A DNA stretch of 64,000 nt from assembly GCA_947624045.1 (NCBI GenBank), contig CANQIL010000001.1, positions 28,978-92,977 on the forward strand. The letters are read 5' to 3'. The DNA is from an uncultured Bacilli bacterium. Its GTDB lineage: Bacteria; Bacillota_I; Bacilli_A; RF39; UBA660. The position numbers and the translations under genes are program-made. Each line of letters opens with the position of its first letter. Position 1 is the first letter of the stretch. This document shows, piece by piece, positions 57,879 through 64,000 of the stretch. Below the pieces are notes generated by a model, which had not been told where the DNA came from, ran no database searches, and saw nothing but the letters and a program-made list of their open reading frames with translations.

Positions 57879-60800
57879 TTGTTTAGAGAGGATGTGTTGT
57901 TAGTTGTGAATTTTCTTAATAATTATATTGATTTAGATATAGAAAAAGATATGAGTATAACTAATCTTAATGATGAGTTTTTTTGCGTTTATGTAAATAA
58001 ATTATTTGTGGAAAAAAAGAAAAATATTTTGATAGTTGTGAATAGTTTATTTGAAGCTAATAAGTTGTATGCAACATTGAGTAATTATAATGATAGTGTT
58101 TGTTTGTTTCCAATGGATGATTTTTTGACTAGTGAAGCTTTGGCTATATCACCAGAGTTAAGAGTTAGTAGACTTGAAGTTATTAATAAAATTTTAAGTG
58201 GGAAAAAAGTTATTGTTATTACAGACTTGATGGGGTATTTAAGATTTTTGCCAACTAAGGAAAATTATGCTACCTTCATTTTAAATCTAAAAGTAGGCGA
58301 TGTTTGGGCACCGGAAAAGTTGGTTAAAAAACTATTACAAGCCGGTTATACGAGAGATACTATTGTTAATAAAACAGGAGAAATTGGAGTTAGAGGTTTT
58401 ATAATAGATGTATTTCCGGTTGATGAAGATAAGCCCGTTAGAATAGAATTTTTTGATGATGAAATTGAATCAATACGTTACTTTGATGCAGATACGCAAA
58501 AGTCTTTAAAAAATATAGAAGAAATTCAAATAAAGCCGTATTTTGAATTTTTGACGGAAAAAGATGTTTTGGAAGAAGAATTTGGTAAGCAAAAATACTT
58601 ACAAAAATATGAAAAGGTTAGTAGCATTTCTGATTATTTAGATGGAGCCATTACCTTTTATAAAGATTATGAGCAGTTAAATACTAGTTTTCTTAATATA
58701 ATGAATGAAGTTGCAACATATAAAGAAGAAAAAGATAGAGATTTTAAAATGGAGTATATGTTTAATTTTAAAGATATTGTTCCAAATTATCCTGTTTATT
58801 ATATGAGTCTTAATAATGTTCGTTCTAAGGATATGGGTAGGCTTGTTGATTTTAATGTTAAGACAATTAATAATTTTAATGAGAATGTTGAAAATATTAA
58901 TAATTTTATTAGGAAATGTGTTAGTGAAGAAAAAACGGTTATTATTGCTTTAAAGTCATATCAATTAAAAAGTATTATAAAAAAATTAAATATGCCAGTT
59001 GTTTATGTTGAAGATGAGAAAATTCAAGACAATAAAGTTAATTTAATTGAAGCGGAAATGACTAGTGGTTTTATGTATAAGTCCTTGGTTGTCTTAACGG
59101 CTAATGAGTTATTTAATATTCAAGAGAAAAAGAAAAAGTATGTAACTAAATATAAGTATACTTCTAAAATTGAAGATATTACTAAATTAGAAGTAGGTGA
59201 TTATGTAGTTCACAATGTTCATGGTATTGGTGTTTATAATGGTATTAAGACATTGACTTCTAATGGTATTAGTAAAGATTATTTGGAAGTTTTGTATGAG
59301 GGTACTGATAAAATATATATACCTGTTGAGAAAATAGATTTACTTACTAAGTATTCTGGTAAAGACGGAGTGGCTCCGAAAATTAATAAATTGGGTGGTA
59401 GTGAATGGAAGAAGACGAAAGCTAGAGTAAAAGATAAAGTAAAAGATGTTGCTTCTAAATTGCTTAAGCTTTATGCAGAAAGAGAAAGAAGAGTAGGTTA
59501 TGCTTTTTCTCAGGATAATGAGATGTCTAGGGACTTTGAGAAAGATTTTCCTTATGAGTTGACTGTTGACCAAAGAAAGGCTATTCAAGTTATTAAGGAA
59601 GATATGGAAAAAGCTGTGCCTATGGATAGGCTTTTATGTGGTGATGTGGGCTTTGGTAAAACGGAAGTTGCTTTTGTGGCGGCTTTTAAGGCTATCTTAG
59701 ATTCTAAGCAAGTGCTATTTTTGTGTCCTACGACTATTTTATCTAATCAACATTATGATAATGCGAAAGAAAGATTTAAAAATTTTCCGGTATCAATAGG
59801 GCTTTTGAATCGTTTTACTTCGCCTAAAGAAAGAAATAGAATTTTAGCGGGGTTACAAGACGGAACAATTGATATGGTTTTTGGTACTCATCGATTATTA
59901 AGTGATGATGTTAAAGCACGAGATTTGGGCTTGTTGATTATTGATGAGGAACAACGTTTTGGAGTTATGCATAAAGAAAAAATCAAGCAGTATAAAGCTA
60001 ATATTGATGTGTTGACTTTGACGGCGACGCCTATTCCTAGAACTTTGCAGATGTCACTTGTTGGTATTAGAAGTTTATCTTTAATTGAAACACCACCGAT
60101 GAATAGGTATCCCGTGCAGACTTATGTAGTTGAGGAAAGTAGACAAATTATGAGGGATGCTATTTATAAAGAGTTAGCAAGAGATGGACAGGTTTTTGTT
60201 TTATATAATAGAGTGCAGTCTATTGAGGAAGAGGCTGTAAAGATTAAGACGTTGGTACCGGAAGCTAGAATTACTGTTGTTCATGGACAAATGACTAAGA
60301 TAGATTTGGAAAGTAGGATTTTTGATTTTATAAATCATGAATACGATATTTTGTTATGTACGACAATTATTGAAACAGGTATTGATATTCCTAATGTTAA
60401 TACGTTGATTATAATGGACGCCGATAGGTTTGGGTTAAGTCAGTTGTATCAAATTAGAGGACGTGTTGGGCGAAGTGATAAGTTTGCTTATGCTTATTTG
60501 ATGTATAAACCTTATAAAGTGCTTACGGAAACAGCTATGAAAAGATTAAATGTTATTAAGGAGTTTACGGAATTGGGTAGTGGCTTTTCTATTGCGACGA
60601 GGGATTTGTCAATTAGAGGAGCCGGAGATATTCTTGGTAGTGAGCAAGCGGGCTTTATTGATTCAGTAGGAATTGATTTGTATTTGAAAATGTTAAATGA
60701 TGAGGTTAATAGAGAAAAGAGTAATGATGATAAAGAAGATTTAGAAGAAGAGGAGAATAATACTCAGCCGCTTATCAATGTTACAACACATATTGAAGAT

Positions 60801-61226
60801 AGTTATGTTCGTGATGATGAATTAAAGATTGCTATCCATAGGAAGATTAATGAAATTGAAGATGAGGAATCATTTAAGAGAATAAAAGAAGAATTAGAAG
60901 ACCGTTTTGGTAAACTTAGTGAAGATTTAATTATTTATATGTATGAAGAATGGTTTGAAAAATTAGCAGAAAAATTAAAAATTACGAAAGTTCGACAGAC
61001 AAAAAATTCTATTGAGTTAAACTTTATACCGGAAGTGGTGGCTAAATTAGATATAGAAGATATTTTTATGGAAGCTTTTTATGTTAGTAATATGTTTCGG
61101 TTTGTAAGTAAAGATAATGGGTTATGTATTGTGCTTGATATTATAAGATTAGATAAGCATCATATTTATTATTTGGTGTCTTTATTAGATAAAATTTGTA
61201 AAAAATATGGAAATAAACTTGACTAA
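57879..61226 (+). CDS. mfd: transcription-repair coupling factor
   Basis: 1115 aa. Helicase motifs GDVGFGKTEVA and DEEQRFG, plus a CarD-like domain (GDYVVHNVHGIG). The exact start (TTG/GTG region) is uncertain. Confidence 0.95.
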   Translation: MFREDVLLVVNFLNNYIDLDIEKDMSITNLNDEFFCVYVNKLFVEKKKNILIVVNSLFEANKLYATLSNYNDSVCLFPMDDFLTSEALAISPELRVSRLEVINKILSGKKVIVITDLMGYLRFLPTKENYATFILNLKVGDVWAPEKLVKKLLQAGYTRDTIVNKTGEIGVRGFIIDVFPVDEDKPVRIEFFDDEIESIRYFDADTQKSLKNIEEIQIKPYFEFLTEKDVLEEEFGKQKYLQKYEKVSSISDYLDGAITFYKDYEQLNTSFLNIMNEVATYKEEKDRDFKMEYMFNFKDIVPNYPVYYMSLNNVRSKDMGRLVDFNVKTINNFNENVENINNFIRKCVSEEKTVIIALKSYQLKSIIKKLNMPVVYVEDEKIQDNKVNLIEAEMTSGFMYKSLVVLTANELFNIQEKKKKYVTKYKYTSKIEDITKLEVGDYVVHNVHGIGVYNGIKTLTSNGISKDYLEVLYEGTDKIYIPVEKIDLLTKYSGKDGVAPKINKLGGSEWKKTKARVKDKVKDVASKLLKLYAERERRVGYAFSQDNEMSRDFEKDFPYELTVDQRKAIQVIKEDMEKAVPMDRLLCGDVGFGKTEVAFVAAFKAILDSKQVLFLCPTTILSNQHYDNAKERFKNFPVSIGLLNRFTSPKERNRILAGLQDGTIDMVFGTHRLLSDDVKARDLGLLIIDEEQRFGVMHKEKIKQYKANIDVLTLTATPIPRTLQMSLVGIRSLSLIETPPMNRYPVQTYVVEESRQIMRDAIYKELARDGQVFVLYNRVQSIEEEAVKIKTLVPEARITVVHGQMTKIDLESRIFDFINHEYDILLCTTIIETGIDIPNVNTLIIMDADRFGLSQLYQIRGRVGRSDKFAYAYLMYKPYKVLTETAMKRLNVIKEFTELGSGFSIATRDLSIRGAGDILGSEQAGFIDSVGIDLYLKMLNDEVNREKSNDDKEDLEEEENNTQPLINVTTHIEDSYVRDDELKIAIHRKINEIEDEESFKRIKEELEDRFGKLSEDLIIYMYEEWFEKLAEKLKITKVRQTKNSIELNFIPEVVAKLDIEDIFMEAFYVSNMFRFVSKDNGLCIVLDIIRLDKHHIYYLVSLLDKICKKYGNKLD

Positions 61227-61271
61227 TAATCTTTTAACTAGTAAATTTAAGATACTAGGAGTGGTGAGTTA

Positions 61272-61934
61272 GTGCAGATAGAAGTAGAAGAATTTAAAAA
61301 ACAACATTTTGCTAATTATAAGCAAGCAATTATTGAAAATATAAAAAAGAATACAAGTACTTTGGTAGATGAAGATATTATGTCTTTATTAAAAAAGCCA
61401 CCTTTAGAGGCAATGGATTTGATTAAAGTTAAATTTCTGGATATGGCTAAAAAAGAAAAGATAGTTTTAAATACCGAGAACTTGGATAAGATTATTGATA
61501 ATTATCGTCGGAAAGTTATTGGTTGCTTAGATGAAGTAAAAGAAAATAGAGAGATGAGTTTGATAAAAAAAGTTGATGATTTTAAAATGATAAAAGAAAC
61601 TAATATATTTAAGTTATCTAAAAAAGACTTTGGAGAAGTTAATAAGACTAATAAAAATTTAATTAAGAAGACAATACAAGAAGCTTTAGTTACAGAAATA
61701 CTAGATAAGATAAAGACAGTTTTTAAAGATGAAGAAGAGCTTCATGAGGAAAAATTAGCAAATGAATTAGGTAAATATTTAAAAGGAACCTATCTAAGGC
61801 AAGTACTTGAGAATATTGAATTTAAAGTTATTGTGAAAGATACGACTTTAATTAATGGAGTTAAAGAACAAGCGGACCATTACTTGTTTACGCTTAGTAA
61901 CTCAAGACTTTTGAATGAAGATTTAGAAAAATAG
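61272..61934 (+). CDS. hypothetical protein (Lys/Glu-rich)
   Basis: 220-aa ORF with GTG start after AGGAGTGGTG. No motif recognised. Confidence 0.5.
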   Translation: MQIEVEEFKKQHFANYKQAIIENIKKNTSTLVDEDIMSLLKKPPLEAMDLIKVKFLDMAKKEKIVLNTENLDKIIDNYRRKVIGCLDEVKENREMSLIKKVDDFKMIKETNIFKLSKKDFGEVNKTNKNLIKKTIQEALVTEILDKIKTVFKDEEELHEEKLANELGKYLKGTYLRQVLENIEFKVIVKDTTLINGVKEQADHYLFTLSNSRLLNEDLEK

Positions 61935-61985
61935 TATAAATCTTTTTTCTTTTCTCAAACTATATATGAGAAGGAGAAAGAGTAT

Positions 61986-62516
61986 ATGAAGTCAACAGGT
62001 GTAGTAAGAAGAATAGATGAATTAGGTAGAATAGTTGTGCCTAAAGAGATAAGAAGAAATTTAGGGATAAAAGCTTTTGAACAGTTGGAGATATTTATAG
62101 AAGATGAAAGTATTATATTAAAAAAATATTCTAATTTTAATAAGCTAGATAAAATAGCTAATATATTAGTTGATATTATTACAAATAATTTTTCTAAGGA
62201 TATAATAATTACAGATAGAGAAAAGATAATTGCCGCTAGTAATAAATATAAAAATGAATATGTTAATCAAAGTATTTCAGGGTATGTTGAAAAAGCGATG
62301 AATGAAAGAAAAAGGGTTATTGAAAATAATTTTTTTGATTTAGAAATAGGGAAGAGTATGCTAGAAAAGGTGTCTTTTGTGATGTTGCCTATTTTAGTTA
62401 ATAGTGATGTGTTGGGAGTAGTTATTATTTTGTCGGATAAAGAGAAAGTTTCAGAGTTAGATGAGAAGCTTGCTAAATTTGTTGTTAATTTTTTAGAAAA
62501 GATAGTTGAAGAATAA
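61986..62516 (+). CDS. spoVT: stage V sporulation protein T (AbrB-family regulator)
   Basis: SpoVT/AbrB swapped-hairpin N-terminus TGVVRRIDELGRIVVPKEIRRNLGI plus a C-terminal domain of about 120 aa. Position after mfd as in Bacillus. Confidence 0.85.
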   Translation: MKSTGVVRRIDELGRIVVPKEIRRNLGIKAFEQLEIFIEDESIILKKYSNFNKLDKIANILVDIITNNFSKDIIITDREKIIAASNKYKNEYVNQSISGYVEKAMNERKRVIENNFFDLEIGKSMLEKVSFVMLPILVNSDVLGVVIILSDKEKVSELDEKLAKFVVNFLEKIVEE

Positions 62517-62539
62517 TATTTTATGTGCTATACTATGTC

Positions 62540-62775
62540 CATAAATGTTGTGAAGAAGAGTTTTATAATTAAATGGCTATTGAAGAGAACTCTTGGATGG
62601 TGTGAAAGAGTATAGTTAAATTATAAAATATGGCTTTGGAGCAGTTATATCGATAGGTAGGTATAAACGTTAATAGGCGTTAACTATTAAGAAGTGTATA
62701 ATACAAGCTATTATAAAATAAGGTGGTACCGCGATTAATCGTCCTTATGTTATGGTAGCTTTTTTATTTTAAGGA
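62540..62775 (+). promoter_or_regulatory. T-box riboswitch leader (methionine specifier)
   Basis: Conserved T-box GGTGGTACCGCG at 62722-62733. Stem I with an AGAGA-type bulge and a candidate AUG specifier at 62573-62575. Downstream helix plus TTTTTT before metG. Confidence 0.8.
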
Positions 62776-62786
62776 GGATTTTTGTT

Positions 62787-64000
62787 ATGGAAAAATATTA
62801 TTTATCAACTGCTATTGCGTATACTTCAGCTAAGCCACATATAGGAAATACTTATGAAATAGTGTTAGCTGATGTGATAGCTAGATTTAAAAGATTACAA
62901 GGATATGATGTGTATTTTCAAACAGGTACAGATGAGCATGGAGAGAAAATTGAATTAAAGGCTAAGGAAGCTAATGTTACGCCAAAAGAATATGTTGATG
63001 AAGTTGCTTCTATAGTTAAAAATATTTGGGATTTAATGGATACTAGTTATGATAGGTTTGTTAGAACTACTGATGAGCAACATGAAAAGGTAGTTCAACA
63101 TATTTTTAAGTATATGTATGATAAAGGCGATATCTATAAGGGAGTTTATAAAGGACTTTATTGTAATCCGTGTGAATCATTTTGGACAGAAAGTCAATTA
63201 GTAGACGGGAAATGTCCGGACTGTGGTAGAGAGGTGCAACCTAAAGAAGAAGAAGCTTATTTCTTTAAGTTGTCTAAATATCAAAAACAATTGGAAGATT
63301 ATATTGAAGCACATCCGGATTTTATTCAACCTGTCGCAAGAAGAAATGAGATGATTAATTTTATTAAGTCTGGTTTACAAGATTTATGTGTATCAAGGAC
63401 TTCGTTTACGTGGGGAATACCAGTTGATTTCGATGATAAGCACGTTATTTATGTATGGCTTGATGCGTTAACTAATTATATTACTAATATTGGTTTTGAT
63501 TTTGATAATTCTACAGAGGAGTTTAAGTATAAGTGGCCTTGTGATTTACATTTGATTGGTAAGGATATTATTAGATTCCATACGATATATTGGCCTTGCT
63601 TTTTGATGAGTTTAGAGTTACCACTACCTAAGCAAATATTTGGACATCCTTGGGTATTGATGAATTCAGATAAGATGAGTAAATCAAAGGGAAATATAAT
63701 TTATGCCGATGAATTAGTGGAAAAATTTGGGGTAGATGCCGTTAGATTTTATTTATTGAAAGAGATACCTTTTGCGAGTGATGGAAATATTAGTTATGAG
63801 CTTATTATTGAAAAAATTAATGGTGAGCTTGCGAATATATTGGGAAATTTAGTACAAAGAACGATTTCAATGGGGCACAAGTATTTTGAGGGAAAAGTTA
63901 CAAATACTAAGGCAAGTGAAGAAGTGGATAGAGAATTTATTAAGAATATTAATGAGTTACGTGAAGCTACTTTTGAGAAAATGGATAATTTGCAGGTAAG
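62787..64000 (+). CDS. metG: methionine--tRNA ligase (partial; runs off the window)
   Basis: AAGGAGG RBS. HIGH-type motif KPHIGNTYE, zinc knuckles CNPCESF / CPDCG, and KMSKSKGN. No stop codon before 64000. Confidence 0.95.
   Translation, partial: MEKYYLSTAIAYTSAKPHIGNTYEIVLADVIARFKRLQGYDVYFQTGTDEHGEKIELKAKEANVTPKEYVDEVASIVKNIWDLMDTSYDRFVRTTDEQHEKVVQHIFKYMYDKGDIYKGVYKGLYCNPCESFWTESQLVDGKCPDCGREVQPKEEEAYFFKLSKYQKQLEDYIEAHPDFIQPVARRNEMINFIKSGLQDLCVSRTSFTWGIPVDFDDKHVIYVWLDALTNYITNIGFDFDNSTEEFKYKWPCDLHLIGKDIIRFHTIYWPCFLMSLELPLPKQIFGHPWVLMNSDKMSKSKGNIIYADELVEKFGVDAVRFYLLKEIPFASDGNISYELIIEKINGELANILGNLVQRTISMGHKYFEGKVTNTKASEEVDREFIKNINELREATFEKMDNLQV

Overview
This window is the replication-origin region of an AT-rich (about 70% A+T by eye, not computed) Bacillota chromosome with Bacillus-like synteny. 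The left arm is on the minus strand: spoIIR, prmC, prfA, rpoE, argS, then ung, rlmH, yycJ, dnaB, rplI, rpsR, ssb, rpsF, ychF, parB, parA, noc, rsmG, mnmG, mnmE, jag, yidC, rnpA and rpmH. DnaA-box clusters flank dnaA. The right arm is on the plus strand: dnaA, dnaN, comK-like, recF, gyrB, gyrA, SRP RNA, tadA, dnaX, ybaB, recR, bofA, holB, yaaT, rsmI, pth, mfd, spoVT, then a Met T-box and metG. No rRNA, tRNA, CRISPR or transposase was recognised. Three things stand out. (1) A surface-protein gene inserted between ychF and rpsF ends in a GC-rich variable repeat, with a noncoding template-like copy about 255 bp downstream. Their mismatches fall almost only on template adenines, which is the signature of a diversity-generating retroelement, yet no reverse transcriptase is present in the 64 kb. 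(2) The same gene has a G10 tract in the spacer of a near-consensus promoter, which looks like a phase-variation switch. (3) The 1.6-kb ORF-free gap after gyrA holds six perfect parS sites interleaved with five Noc-binding-site palindromes, partly as 108-bp tandem units. Two more Noc sites sit in frame inside dnaX. Both a ParB and an atypical Noc paralog are encoded in the window. All calls come from reading the sequence and remembered family motifs; no searches or computations were run.
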